64,000 nucleotides of DNA from Chrysomallon squamiferum (GCA_012295275.1 CM022675.1:17174001-17238000); one strand, 5' to 3'; positions 13,111 to 29,150 are shown, counted from the stretch's first letter. The notes: generated by a model from the letters alone, not told the origin. Numbers and translations are program-made.

Positions 13111-14298
13111 GTGAGTAAGATAGTTTTAAAAAGGAAGCTAATAAATATACAGAGACCAGCTATATTGTTTGACCTTAGATATTTATGAGTTGCAATTTAA
13201 AATAGACTAGGCGTCTTGCCCCACAACTACATTAAAAATTCATCATCTCAAGTAAGAAATAAAAATACTTATACAAAAGAAGGAAAAACAAACACATACC
13301 ATAATCTTTTGAACACCGATTGCATGCAGAGAGAAAAAATTAAAAATAATAATAAAAAAAAAATATATATATATATATACGCTGCTGGAAGAAACACGGC
13401 CGTAGTATCCTCTGGTGGAGAATTGCTCAGACGGAGAGATAGGTTTTTATCGGTTGGGTTATTCCGGCTACTATACTCATTTAACACTAATTCCTTTACA
13501 TTCCTTTAGACTGGTCATTTTTACCATAAAAAATACAAGAAGAAACCCGAGACCCATATCATAAATCACCGACTAATGTTTGAATCGTCCTGAATAACGA
13601 CGTAACGGTTAGCTGGTCAGTACGGGACAATGTCTTTTTTTTTTTTTTTTGTGGGGGTGTGTGTCAGCTTTTCAAAGAAAATGGTAATTATATAAAATAT
13701 ACATAGATTTCAACTAGTCTAGCTGTAGAAATCTAGTGTATTACACAGTTGATCTTCGTAGCCACTGGTCTAAACGTTTGTAAGAAAGATGGTTTGTTAT
13801 TTGATAATACAGTATACCAAATAAAAAATTATGTTTATGGAGAAAATTGATTCCAAAAGAATGTAAAGACAAAATGATTGTTAAATGAGTATATGTGAAT
13901 GGAATCGTTGCATCCATGTGGTTACCAAAAATTAGCCAAAATCGATATCCATCCAAATTTCCGTTTAAGCTGTTCTCTGCTAGAGGATACTCGTACCGGA
14001 AGAAACAGAAAGAGTAAATAAAATAAACACTTTAAAAATAAGGGAGGGGTGGAATGGCACCCCACCTTTGTAATATCCAATCCACTGCATGTGGACGTAA
14101 ACGTGATTAAAACTGAAGGGTCTAAGTTTCATTCCAAAAGGCAATAATAAAAAAAATTAATAATTTATTCTGTACAGAGAAACCAGAGTTAAAATGTGTC
14201 CCAAGTGTAATAACATTAATTATACAAAATCAAAATATGGGATTCCTTCTTTCTGTATTTCTACAGTGCCTTTATTTTTCTTCTTCAAAGCCATTTTA

Positions 14299-14348
<50 letters not shown>

Positions 14349-14529
14349 TGATATCATTTATCTCGTATACAGCACTAAGCATGGACTTTAATTTATGGGA
14401 CATAACTCTAAAATCCACCAGATGTCAGTTTGACTAATTTTGTCTTCGAAGGAAGTATCTGCTAACTTTTCAAATTTTTGGATCATCATTATTGAAATGT
14501 TATGTGCACTTTAGTATTAGAATTCCAGA

Positions 14530-15728
14530 ATGGGTGTAATAATATCCAGATTTAGGGTAAGTAATATGACATTAACTGTCAGATTAAATCTCGGCAAACA
14601 GTACCGATTGTTCGGCCCGTCTTCAAAGGCAAAGAACCTGATAATTATTTTGTTCTTTTATTCTAAGACACTTTACAAAACACTAAAACTAATAATAATG
14701 TTATTTGGATTAAACTAAATAAATCAAATTAATTTAGAAAAAGGCATATAGTAATCAAATTTAAATTGAAAATATATTAAAAGCCATGATATATCATATA
14801 GTGATAAAGTAAATTAGTAAATGCGTCACCGTGACTAGTGCGTGATCATTATTCATTCACTGACACATTTTCGAGATGTAAGACCATATATTTGCAATCA
14901 TGATTTGAAGAATTCAGACACAAAATAAATTTATTTAAAAAAAAAAAGTTTTGTCATATTAAACCAATTTTCTATCTTGAGCCTGCAGCCTGTACTGGCC
15001 TGTTTAGTTATTTTCAGGTGGATATGAATCACAGAGGTTTCCAGAGTATAATTTGGATACATGTTGTCTTGAATCCCTCCATAACCAAATATATTTTTCT
15101 ATTGTTGGTAAAATGCACAGAAGAAATCCACATAATGACAGTAGCAACTTTCTTGTGTCATCATTATACAAGAAAAATAGATTCAACATCAGATACATTT
15201 GTGATAATTTAAACTTTCGAAATGTATTTAATATCTTTTGACATTTATTCATTAATAATTAACAGAACTGGTGTTCATTTTATTATGCTGAGCCATATTG
15301 CCATATGACTTTATGTAGTAAATAAATAGTAAATTAAAAGTAAAGAGTGTTATTGCTATAATTGTCACTTGTCCAGAACAAATATTGCCATACATTTACT
15401 GATTTAAATAATTAAATAAAATAGCCTTATTGAGTTATTATTATCTAAAATTAATAAATGAGGGACGAAGTTCCATTGTTTTATTTATTTATTTATTATT
15501 ATTATTATTTTTTTTTTTTATTGTTATTATTATTTTTTTCTCATGTTTTTCAGAAAAAACAGACCACAGTTGAAATATTGGAATCTATAGAAAAGGTTTG
15601 TACAGCTTTTATCTTTTATTGTTTATTTACATAAATGAAATGAACTATAATTTCTGAGTTAACTGTCAACCTTATTTGTTATGCATCACTGAAGATTCTG
15701 TCCCTCTATAGACTCATCTCTCTCTCTG

Positions 15729-15764
<36 letters not shown>

Positions 15765-18700
15765 TGTTGTTTTTAAATTTTTTATTTTTTATTTTTTTAT
15801 TTACAGTCATTCCTTTTTTCCCCCTCTAATAACTAAATTTCATGACCATTTCACAAATTCTTCCTGTGACCCTAAAATAATTAAATGTCTGTTTATATTC
15901 TGTTTCCATGACTTTTTTTTTTTATTCCACAGCGTTTACCTTGGTAATGTTACCTGTTCAGACTGATGTTCCTGAATTTTTTTTTTGTAACACTGTGTTA
16001 TATTTTTTTCACTAGGATATTTCAAGCTTACAGAAATTCCGTCGTCAGAACCAGGAAAAACAAAAAAAGTTGATAGCAAGCCTCCTTCTCTACTCAATTC
16101 TGTTTTACATTACTGGTGCTGTCATATTTTTCTTTGCTTACTTTCCAAAAGAATGGACATTTCGACTTTTATATTCAACACCTCTTCTTGTATTTCCATT
16201 ATTGTAAGTAAATTTTGCAGAGTACATTACCATTAAGCAAAAGTCGGCAGTAACTAAATTCTGTGGTCTTGTTTTGAAGTTTTATAGAATTTTTTTATTA
16301 ATCTTGATGTTGGATCATTAAACTTGTATTGTGAAGAGTATTTGTATTTTAAATCATTAATAATACTGTGTAATTTGTTTCTCATTATACTAATAATGAT
16401 ATGTAGATTTTCTCTGCATAGCTTAATGCAAAATAGAAATTAATTTGTTTCATCTTTTGCAGAATTTTTGGAATTAAAAAGCTTTTGCACTGGTATTTTG
16501 TTAAAAGAATAGCTAACAATGGTAAGTTACAAAGTGCATAAGTTTTATTCATTTTTAACTAAAGTAAATATAATCACTCTATTTTTGCTTAATTTGAGAA
16601 CTAATAAGCACTCAATCAGTATATACAGATGATGAATATCTGTTTATTTTATTATCAAAGATCAGTCTCTGATAATTTAAAGTTTCATAATTAACAGTAT
16701 GGCAAACTCATTAAAGTAGAGAGAATATGGCATTGAACCCTTTTTTGTTTTAAAGTTAGTTATAAAACAGATGTAGTGTTTTTCAAGAATGATTTTTTTA
16801 GTGGAGGTATTTGTTTTATTTCGTATGTGGACTGTGAACAGATGAAATGCTTTAAACTTGACATTGTAAAATTCGTTAAAATATGTTTTAGGAGTGTTCA
16901 TTTCTATATTTATTTAGACATTGCTTTACGTGAACTGCGAGAGAAAAAGAAGCAGATGGTAAGTTCTTTGCAGATAACTTGTTGTTACTATTATTATTAT
17001 AACTGTACGAACAGTATTTTTTATTTACTTAGAAATATTAAAATTATTCCAAGCTGAGGAGTATTTCACTAAAAGAAAGTTATTATTAAACAGTAAATTA
17101 CAATAAAAAAACACTGATTGTCTACATTAAATATTTATTAATTCATAAATATTTTTATAATTTTTTTCAAAACATAAAACTATTAGATAAAACTAAACAA
17201 ATATATATTTTGTTTAAATCTTAAACGTTAACATTTCATAATAGTTAATCAAAATCTTATTATGTAATGTCTTTTATTCAAAGCTTGAAGATGTTATGGA
17301 AAAAGAGACATATAAAAAGGCTAAAGAAATTTTAGAGAAATTTGATCCTGCCAGGTTTAAACAGTTGGAAGTAAGTTTGAGATTTAAAATCAGAATTCAC
17401 ATCATTAATGACATGCCTTAATTTTTTCCTTAATCTTGCATAGGACATCTCCTGTATAATATTTTATATTTTTTAATTGTGAATTAGAACAGAATGAGTA
17501 AAATATATGGCAAAAGTTACTGCATTTCATTCTTCCCTTTTATTATTTATTATTATTATTATACATTGAATTAAAGCAGTGTACTGTTGTTTCTGTTTTT
17601 CATTGTTAACTGCATGTTTTTAACATGTTCTAATTGCAGGTGTTAATTCTTTTTACTGATATTTTTGTTACAGAAACCACCAACGCCCACTTCTGCCCAA
17701 CCCACTCCTGGTTCAGGTAAACAGTGTTATATATATTTTCATCATATGTTACATATATTTTGTCTTTTTTATTATTCATCGCATCAGATGTTATTATTTA
17801 GTTTGAGTTGTACTTGTTTGTAATTAAAAACTGATAAAATTTAGTATGTTTTATTATATCAGTGTTACGCCAAAGAACAACACAGCAGAGAATGCCCATG
17901 CCAGGCTCTCTAACCCCACAACCACTCAATACACCAGGCTTTAGTCCCAGGGTTCCAGTGACAACACCTGAAGCTGCACGTATTAGAGGACCAACACCTC
18001 AGAGACTTCAGATGGCAGCACAAAATGGTCGACCCTTGCCTATGGCTTATGGTAAGAGTGAATTAGAGAAATTCTTTGTATGTATAAAACTTAGAAGATA
18101 GACTCAGGCTTAAGGCATAGATGTAATGAAGACATTCAATTTTAAAAGGTGTGTTTTTATTGTCATAAAAAATCATTAGCATTGATAAACTTTAAAGTGT
18201 TACTTTAATTTTTGAATAAGTGGCTTGTATAAAAAAAAAAATCATTTTTTACTTCTTCCAAGTTATTATGTTATTGGGTATTGTTGTTCCTGTTTTTAAC
18301 CACATTTTAATTTAATAAAAAAGAATAATAATAATAATAAAAAAATAAAAATAAAAATCTTTTAGTGAGTTAAATAATTTCAGTACTTATAAAATATATT
18401 ACAATTCTGTTTTATATAGGCACCCCACCAGGGCCTCCATTGCCACGACCACTGCTACCAAGGGAACGAAGCCATTTTGATAAACTAGTAGAATATCTTG
18501 TAGGAGATGGACCACAGAACCGTTACGCTCTTATCTGTAGATATTGTCATTCACACAATGGAATGGCTTTAAAAGAAGAATTTGAATATCTCAGTAAGTT
18601 TTTGATTTTAATAAACTGAGCTCAACAAAGCTGATAGAAATACGTCAGTACTGGAATTATAAAGCAGTGTTTTCAAATTGTTAGAATACTTGTGGTAGTT

Positions 18701-20447
18701 AGAAAAGATTAGAAATGTACAGAAATTAATAAATTATTCTCAGTGTTTTCTTTAATCATTATTTGTTACTGAGAAAAAAAAAATGTAAATGATGCATTCT
18801 TGATTCATTAATAAATTCGGTTTAGGGTGTAATACAGCGAGGGACAGAGAACAGTCCTCTTTTCAGAGATCTCAATTTGTTTTTTCATTCCAGACATTTT
18901 CCTGTTACTGGTTTATCAGACATCCTAGAATGTGTTTTCTTATTTATAACAAGATCCATGTATACTATCTCATACTGGTAACAAATAATGCTGGGTTTAT
19001 ATTCAGACAGAAACCATAGTTTGACTGAACATGTCACGTTATGTGTTTATAAATGTTTGTTCATTCCGTTTAAACAAATCTATATTTATGATTGTGAATC
19101 TTTTTTATTTATTATACTTATTGTTTCCTCTTTTCCCATCCTTTTTAGCTTTTCGATGTTGTTACTGTTATTCTATGAATCCGTCCAGAAAGAAAAAGCC
19201 ATACGCACCAAAATTAGAATTTCCATCTCCACCTTCAACACCAGCATCAAGCAAAAAACCTCAGGATCCTGCAGGTAGACATCTTCTAATATTTCTGTCT
19301 TTGTAAATGCTTTTCTTTTATGTAAATTATATATATATAAACTGCATAAGAACAGATCCATAATACTGTATTGAAACCTCCCTATGTTGCCATGCATTTC
19401 AAACCAGTCAAAGTCAGTGTCCATTTGCCTCAGAAAATGTATAAATGGTGTCATATCAAGTTTTTCTGATTGATTTAGATTGTGTAGTAGTATATTGGTC
19501 ATGATATATGAACCATTAGAAATAAAAATGTTACTGCAGTGAAAAATAAATTTGTTTGTGATTTTCATTAAAATTGGCAGTTATTTACAAACAGAAACCA
19601 ATAGCAGATTATTGGTATCTGAGTTCGAGAAGAATTTTAAAAACAACTGGTAAGAAAATCTAGAGCAGTCATTTTATATGCAGCAAATACAGGTTTCAGC
19701 ATAGATAATAAATAGAAAACAAATTGCAATAAAATATACAAATATGAATTTAAAAAAAACTAAAAAATATTTTTTGCAGAGTTGAAATAAAGCTGTGTTA
19801 TACATAGATAACATAGACTGAATTGATAAATCACTACATTATGTAGCAGGATGTCATTGTTAAATAAGTTCAGAATCTGTAACTATCCAGCTGTTCAGCT
19901 TTATTTTGCATTACAATTTATTATAATATTCAGCTGTAGCATTAAGAAATAAAATTTACAATAACTAAAATACTGAGTTTGAGTTTGTAATAAGACATAA
20001 ATTTGGTTTAATGTGTAACTTCAAATATTTCCAGATACTTCTAAAATCAAAACTAACAGACCTGAGCACATCACCAGTGAAGGTACAAACACTGTCAAAA
20101 AAGGAGAAGAAGATGATGATAATGAGGATGATGATGGTGACTTGGAGGATGATGACACAGCAGATGATGAGGAAGTCAATGATAATGATGATCAGGAAAA
20201 TGAAACCAGTGCTGACAGAGAGAATGAAGTTGAAACTCTTGGTGTTGATGCATGTTCTGAGGGGAACTCTGTGATAGGAGATGTGACTGAGGAGGACAGA
20301 GATGTCACTGAAAGCAGTGTGGAAAATCTGGAGAGGAAATTACTACAACTTGAAATACCATTTGCAGATAGTGAGCCCAGTGTGTTAGAGAATAACTCAG
20401 TGAAAGAAGAAGAGCAGAAACCAGCTGAGATTACAAACAATAATTGA
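14530..20447 (+). CDS. LNPK: ER junction formation protein Lunapark, 11 coding exons, 462 aa
   Basis: Exons 14530-14556, 15554-15595, 16016-16203, 16463-16521, 16918-16958, 17284-17370, 17674-17716, 17863-18051, 18420-18593, 19149-19274, 20035-20447 (1389 nt). N-terminal MG, two TM segments, VMEKETYKKAKEILEKFDP, LVGDGPQNRYALICRYCHSHNGMA...FRCCYCYSMNPSRK zinc finger, acidic tail. Confidence 0.95.
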
Positions 20448-21979
20448 TATACATTATTATTATTATTATAAATAATTTAGATAGTTGGAACAGACAAGTT
20501 TGATATATTAAATAATAATTTGATGACAACATGTAGAAGAAACCACTTGAGAGTATAAATGGAATGAATATAAACATAATTTTTAATTGTAAAGAATTTA
20601 CCAATATATTTATGCATTAGAGAATAAATTAATAAATAAATATTAATTAGAACTAGATGAGTTTAGAAGTGTAATTAATGTTTTCACTCACAGCTGACAG
20701 GTTTGAAATATTAAAAAATAAACCTTCAAGAGATTACAAGTACTAATTAATATCCAGTTTTATTTAAGTTGAACATACAAGGCATGAAATGGAAAAGTTA
20801 AATCAGGATAATTAATTACTCTGTAATTTAGTAGTTTATGGTGCTAGTCAGACACTGTACAATAACCAATCTACTATTCATAGAAATAAAAATATAAGTT
20901 GAACATAGCACGCATGAAATGATGATAAAAAGTTAAATGAGGGTAAGGGAGATTATAAACAGTAGCTACTCCGTGTAGTTTAGTATTTTGTAGTAAAAGA
21001 AAAAATATTATTATCCCAGAGAACAGGTGAATACTTCTAAATACAACTTGACAAATATAAAACTTTAGATATAACAAGTTGTAGTTTCATGTTGACAGAT
21101 TATACTTTTTATGGAGATTTTATGTTTGTAATCAATTGTGTAAACATGTTTTTAGAACCAATTTTCTGAACACAAGTCACAGATGCTTTCCTCCAATTTT
21201 GCCTCTGGGGAAAAAACCCCCAAGAAATTATGCTTCTAATCATGTCTTAAAATATTAAAATAATTTACTTGAAGATGAATCAAGTAAGTTCTGCATGATA
21301 TTATAGAAACTGTTAATATAGTTTTTATACAGATTTATGTATACAGATACCTGCTTGATAATGCACTCACACCCATTCATCTTTAAATTAGTTTTCAAAA
21401 CACACACACACACACATCCATCCAAAGCTTTTTTGTTTTGTTTTGTTCTTCTATTACTAAAAGACATTATCATTAAACTACCTGTTATAAAAATGAAAAT
21501 CAAACTGTATATGTCAAAAAACTATTTTATATTAATAATTTTGGTGCCATATACTGCAGACTATTATATTTAAAAATTATGTCAGAAACAACAAATTCTG
21601 TTAGTATAAATGCAGTATAGATCAAGGTGCCTAATTTAACTACAGAAAATAACTTGGGCACATTAATTCTAATCAGTTTAACAAAACTGCTTTACAAAAG
21701 CCTTTTTATGTTTTTATTACCTAAAGAAATTGCTAGCAGTAATTGATTAACAGCTAGATTTCCTTTTCTGGAATATTATTATACAAAAAATTGTTCTCTT
21801 TGGCATCTTCTCTGTACAGATAGTGAAACAATGAGTTATGCCTAAGTGTAAAATTAACTATAACTATAGAAAATTGTACAGTATTGTAGAGTTTGGTTTT
21901 GATGTAATAAGAATGTTTGCCAATTCCTATATATATTTATATCAATCATATTGACTCCTTGCCGACCTTTTGTCTTTAG

Positions 21980-22016
<37 letters not shown>

Positions 22017-24718
22017 CACACATACACATGCATACACATTGTTATAGTTGCAATATATTTCTTTCACTGGCAGCACTTCTGTATTATATTCTGATTTAAA
22101 TTGTTATTACTGTGCATTTTAGAAATAATGTTAAACTGATACATTTTATTGTTTTGTTTTGTTCAGTTGTGTTGTTAAATGTATTTTAGCACGTTTTATG
22201 AAATAATTTATAGAATTACCACAATATTATAATTCTGTTTTGATTAATGTTTGGCCCTTGTTATTTGTGTTTGTTTTTTTCATTTGTTTTCATATGTTAC
22301 TCATATGTTGAAGTCAGTTTATAGAATTGTATAAGGGACAGAATGTGTAATCTAAATCATATACTGATGTAAATTATTTTCTCTTTCTCTGCCATCACTC
22401 CCATTACTATTTCTAAAACTTATTTTTACAATATATTCTGTTACTTGTGCTACTAGTATAACAAACTTGTAATACTTTATCAGTGCTTCTCAGTTGATTT
22501 ATTATTGTTAATATTTCTACTGGGACTTATGTTATTGTATCACTGCTTTTCAATATGACACAATAGTCAACTGAAACTGATGTAGCAATGCTTATTTAAA
22601 GCTGTTATTGTTTGGAAAAAAAATACAACAATAACTATTACTGCTACTACTAATTCTACTACTATATATGATCTCAAACTACATGACATCACAATAACCT
22701 TTCTTTGTACAACTGATTATATCTGTATTTTTATAGTGTTGGGAGCAAAAATGTTTACATAATATATTTATTTAAACATTCCACATACAATAGTGAAAAA
22801 TTAATCCCAGGATAGATTTATTTTAAACATGTTTTCTGAAGCAGAAGTAAAGCATTTGCTTAATTATATACTTTTTATATTTAAAAAGAGTAAAAGCAGG
22901 TGGTATTTTCTATATTAAGAAATAAATTAATAACAATAATTAAAAAACAAAAATAATAAAATAAGTACCTCATATACTCTAACAATAACAAAGACATCTT
23001 AAAGATATTTGAACGTCTGTATTACAGATTTAAATATGTAGTTTCCATTTGTTATTCAGTACATTTTGAGTTATAGTAATGTATTATATGTTATGAAATA
23101 GGGAACTTGGAATGCATGGTTTACAAGAATGCAGTGTTATTTACATATCAGTATGTTTTGTGTTGAATACTGCTAGGTTTTGCATGGTTTAATTTTGAAT
23201 ACATTGAAAGTGAAATGTGTGTTTGAAAACAATTGTTTAGTTTGTACATTCACTGATTAAAATCACATTCTAGTCAATAGAATTAATTTAATGATGATGT
23301 AAATCTGTATGGTTTATTTATAAGTACAATGCTATATAACTGGTTGCTGGTGGTATTCTTTATTTTTCTTTGGTTGAGGGAAGTCTGAATATTTACTTAA
23401 TTTATTATAATTTGTAATTTTTAATTTTTTTGTTTTGAGAAAAACATAATATATTTGTAAAAATAATAGGTAACATTAACGTAGTAAAATCCAGAAATTG
23501 TAACTACATAGATTGCTGCAGGTTCTTTCTCTACAAGTAGAGCCGGCATTATTTGAAAAGTACATAGTCCTAAAGTTGTCCATATCAAGACGAGCAGAAT
23601 AATCTGAAAAAAATATATATATATTTTTCTTAAAAAGAATAAGAAAGGCCTAAGTTAATGGAATGTTTAAGGGTAATATAAAACATAGGAGATCCAGCAA
23701 GTATAAATAAATGATAATAAATGGTGTACTCCTCTTTGGGCTATTTCACATTCAACCATTTCTGACATCATATGAATGATCTTTTTCAATTTACTGTTCT
23801 TTTTCTACTTAATTTAAATGTCAATATCATTCTCAGCAATTTTTTTTTTTTTTTTTCTACTTAAATACAATGCATTTTGTTGGTATTATAAATAGATTAA
23901 ATTGTGCTATTTTTTTTTTATTACTCCTCTAGACACAGTACTTAATACAAGAGTTATTTAATATTTCTATTAAAGACAAAGAAAATTACTCACTTCTTAA
24001 ACATTGTCTTGAAAACTAAATTGTTATTTATTTGTTTTATTAGGTGGTTTTTTTTAAATTAATGGATCTTATGAAATATGTTTCACAAAACAAGAATTAC
24101 ATTTCATGGTTTACAGAGTAATAATGATATTAGTGTTTAGTTGTCTAACAGGTCACAAATTACTCACAAATAATATTAACCTAGCATTCATATCAGACTA
24201 GTTATATTACAGAAGAAAAAATAATCAAAGTATGCTTAATCTTTACAATATTTATAATAATTTAATATAAATGAATGAGAGAAGAAAAAATCTTTGCAAC
24301 TGAACTATTTCAATTGTTCTGAATTAAATTTAATTAATAACAAAGTTCCATTATTTCTTTAGTGTTTTTGATATTTATGTTGGTTTGAATTTGTTTTTGG
24401 TTTTTTGTGCGAAAAGAAATAATAATTGTTTAAGTTCCCTCCACCATGAGGTATGGTTGCTTTTTGATGTATGTTTTTGAAATGTTGCTACATTATTTTT
24501 GCAATTCATATATAGTAATATTTTTATGCTCGTATGCACATATATTTACTGCAGTGTATTTTGCTCATTTGTGTACATTTGATATTTTAAAATGGTGCAG
24601 TATAGTTTCGTTTTCTTTTCGTTTTTCTCTTTCAATAAATGAACTGCTGTTATTAAGTGTGTTTTTTTTAATTTATTTGTTTATTTATTTATAGTGATAT
24701 TTACTTTAAATTTTATTA

Positions 24719-24774
<56 letters not shown>

Positions 24775-27489
24775 TAATTTTAGTTTTTTTTTGTGGGAGA
24801 GGGTTTACAAATACTTTTTGTGTGTGTGTGGTACATTTAAATTTGAATCTGAGAAATAGAAAAATTTACGTCATCAATTTCACAACAAAATAAATACCTT
24901 TATAATGCCTTCTTCACTCCTGCTTTAGTGTTATTTAAGAACGGAGTCACTGTGCTGTGTTAGGGAATAGGGTCCTTTTACATGTTAACTGCAACCCTTT
25001 TACATCAAAGAAAACATTTCATTTGGCTCCTATGATTAGTACACTTGCATACAGAGAAGTAGAAAATCTTATTTTATGCTGTCCTGTTAAGTACAATTAT
25101 AGAAGTTCTGGGAAAAACAGAAATAATTGATTTAATGTTACTGATTGCAGTATGTGCCGTATTTTCTTGAACAACATGGTGTGTTAGTAATGTATCTCTC
25201 TACAACAGAATTTTGTATTTATTTAATTTAGAAAAGTGTATTATACAAATTTCATCTAAATGAAAAAAAAATAGACAGGCGATTTACTGGAAATGTGTTA
25301 ACTTGTAGCAACAAACCTGTGTCATCGCTGTGGACAACATGCTCCAGTTGAGATCAGATGGTGTCATTTAAATTATTTAGGACAGAGACTAAAAATCATT
25401 TATTTGTTAGAAAGCTGCTCTATATTTATACTGAAATCATTAACATTTATTCTGCAGTACAGTATCAGCTCATTGTTACGTTTTAACTGTTAACCAGAGA
25501 AAATCCTGTTGGGAATATCCTCATAGGGTTTGCAAATTACCGATAATATCAATACCGGTAAATTACCGACAGATATTCTCAATACCGGTTTTCACCGGTT
25601 TTAGTTAGTTTGTGCAATAGGAAAAGGTACTTATGGGGCGTTTGTGGATACTGTTTTCTCTTAAGCATACTCATTTTACTTATTATTTGACACTCATCTG
25701 ACAACATTATTCATTATCCTCCTTCTCCTACCTGTCTTCATAAAACAATCGTGAAATGAACCTTTATAGATCTTAAAATGGGTACAAAAGGTATATGAAA
25801 AATGTATGTGCAATAAAAAGCCAAGAAGAAATGTGGATGCAAATTTTATCGAAAGGAAACAAGGAAATTGTAACACTTACATTTGTTATCCAAAATGTAC
25901 ATATGTTTTGCAACTTTTGAGTTCTGATTCAGTTCTCGATACTCGAGAACTATGACTTTAAAGAACACAAAACATCTAGTGTCTTGAGCGACAACCGAGA
26001 ACGAATCTTTGTCTAGCTAAAATAATCGGTCAAAATTGTACATTAAAACAATGGAATTATGTCTATCTTTAAGTTATTTAATAAATGATGCATTTACCAA
26101 GAGAAATGGAATAATGTTAATATAAAGAGATGCTCCAAATAATAGTAATAAGACTAACAAAACCTTGTACATCGTCAGATTATAAAAGATTTCTTGTGCC
26201 AAACTGTAAAAGCAGGCAGACTAACGGCAATGAGTTTGCTCTATCTTACTGTAAATACAGTAACAATTGATTTCCAGTAACTACGGCCTACTATTAATAA
26301 ACGATTTTTGTTTTTTATTTTTTATTTTATTTATTATTATTATTTTTTTAATGGTAAGCTTTTTAGATAATAACCTCTGTTAATGCTGTTTCTTTTATTA
26401 CGTAGTCACCGTAATAGGAGTTATGCGTTATCTTCAATAAAACAGTGTTTATACAAGCCTGGCCATTTCTTCCGGTTTTGATTTAAAATGATGGCCTATT
26501 AATGTTATTTTGATTTCTAATGTCCTACGTCTGTTAATATCTGTATAAGTGCTCTTATGCATATATTTAATTTATTTCTTCAATGTGTTAATGCTTCCTG
26601 AATTTCGAATGAATTTGTTTATGTTTTTCCTTGTAAAACTGAAACGGAATAAACAAGATGATAAAATTCCATAGACAGTTATTTGTAATGTTTCTAACTT
26701 TCAGTAAACGTTAAATAGGAAATGAAATACATTCACACCTATCCACTTTTAAAATTGTATTGTCTTACGAAATATCTAAACATTTAAACACAAAAACGTT
26801 GCTATTGAAGAATTCCTTAAAACATGGATCAGAAACACCAGACTTCGTGAATTGTAGTGATGATTACGTCTGAGAAGCTCCTTAAACTTTACAAGTTCGG
26901 ATATTATAAGCCATTTATCAGTCAAACAAACCTTTGGAATTAAGAATCTTCTTAGAAATGCACAATGAAATATTAGGATTTCACGACTTTCAAAGGTGAT
27001 TTCGGTTCATGAACTCATAAAAGTGAACAGATATATGCTTAAAACGCACGTACATAATTAGTACGTAGTACGTTTTAAAACTGTAGTCTGTAACATTTCC
27101 CAACTGCTTACACAGAAACGATCTAACATCAAGGAATCTGAAATTATTTGTGGTTTTTAATTTTAATATTATATGAAATAAAACTGTGACAAACATAAGG
27201 ACACAACTGACTAATATTGAAAGGATGGCTAATATCTACAATATTAATTACTGTATGTAAAATCAGAATTAAACGAGAATCTCTTTGATGTCACAGATGT
27301 TAATTAATATTATCGTTGTGAAAATTATTATTCCTTTTGTAACATAATAGCTGTAAATAGATTAATTAACGTCAAGGGAGGCAGCTTGATAATTAATGTA
27401 TAATGTAACTGAATGTTCGTTAAACCAATCAAAGTGTTTTGTTTAATGTATTTCAAGTAGAATTAATCATAAAATAAACAAAATTATCC

Positions 27490-27541
<52 letters not shown>

Positions 27542-27592
27542 TTATGTAAGTACGTATGTAGGTACGTATGTATGTATGTGTGTGTGTGTATA

Positions 27593-27644
27593 CATACACA
27601 GTCAAACTTGGATAACCCAAACGGCGATTTCTCGACTGTGTATG
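27593..27644. mobile_element. Collapsed pogo/Tigger-like MITE remnant (52 bp)
   Basis: 11-bp inverted repeat catacacagtc / gactgtgtatg; left end CAGTCAAACTTGGATAA resembles pogo-type TIRs. Confidence 0.4.
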
Positions 27645-27655
27645 TGAGTGTTTTG

Positions 27656-27757
<102 letters not shown>

Positions 27758-28328
27758 ACATCCAAGCATGAACACACATATACGCATTCAGTTCAATCAC
27801 CTTTGTATATTTTCACTCACTGTTTTGTTTATTGCCATAGTGAATCTTCCACTCATTCAAACCTGCAAGCATGAAACACGATGAGAATAAAAATAACAAA
27901 AGATTGTGAAATATAAAACATACTTTGTAATACTGAGTTACAATTATTCTATTCTTTAAAATACATTACACTGACTTATGATCATCGCATCGATAAATAA
28001 ACACACTTGGTTAATAACATATATCGATAGGCTGTGTTTCTAAAGCAAATAACAAAGAACTTTCTTCAAAAGATACACAGATTTTGAATACGAACCTGTA
28101 ACTAAATTATTCAAAGTGCATTGTTACATGAGAACGTGAAAAATTGTTGAAATATGTTTACGAAAACGTGGGAATAAAATTGCGAAGATAAAGCTGTGTC
28201 AATTGAATACAAATTTTGGAGAAAGAAAATATATTGTTATCTTGTTGTCCACTTAGTTCACTTGTCAAGTTATAAGTATCGATAAATAAAATAAAGTACA
28301 GAGTCAAAACTGTCTATACAAAGAACTG

Positions 28329-28429
<101 letters not shown>

Positions 28430-28682
28430 CTGTACTTGAATAAGTGAAACTCTTAAATCAAATGATGCGAAAAGATTAATCTGAAATTTAACTTAGTAAC
28501 TTTTATCGTTATAAAATTTCATTACAAAATATACACATATTTTTTACTTAATTATCATAATCAGTGTTTTATAATAACAAAGTGTATTATAATCACTTCT
28601 TCTTTCACAACAGTAATAATATTAAAACTGTCCTTACGATGATGAATATGGTTATAATAGCTACAATAGCATGATAATCATA

Positions 28683-28731
<49 letters not shown>

Positions 28732-28984
28732 GTGTGTGCTTGTAATTTACGCATGCGTACATGAATACATTAATTCAGAAATTAACTTGCATATCTTCGT
28801 ACAATACAACTTACACATATGATACATATATATATGCAAATATATCAAAGATATTATTTAGAAATTCTTAAATTTAGGGTATTTGATATTAAACAACTTA
28901 TTTGCCTTTTAAAAGTATGAATGCTAATCTGAGATCATATCTTGTATAGAAAACAAAATATTTTTTCTCCCGTTGAATATACGT

Positions 28985-29150
28985 ATTTAAGCGATAGCAA
29001 TGTTGAATAAACTCAAATACACGTTAATATTGTCGAATAACCTAAAAATATACTTTTACATTGTCAAATAAACTCAGATATACATTAACAATGTCGATTA
29101 AACAGATACACTTTTACAATGTCAAATAAACTCAGATACCCATTAACAAG
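28985..29150. repeat. Degenerate ~31-bp minisatellite, about 5 units
   Basis: Recurring acaatgtcaaataaactcagatacac-like unit. Confidence 0.7.
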
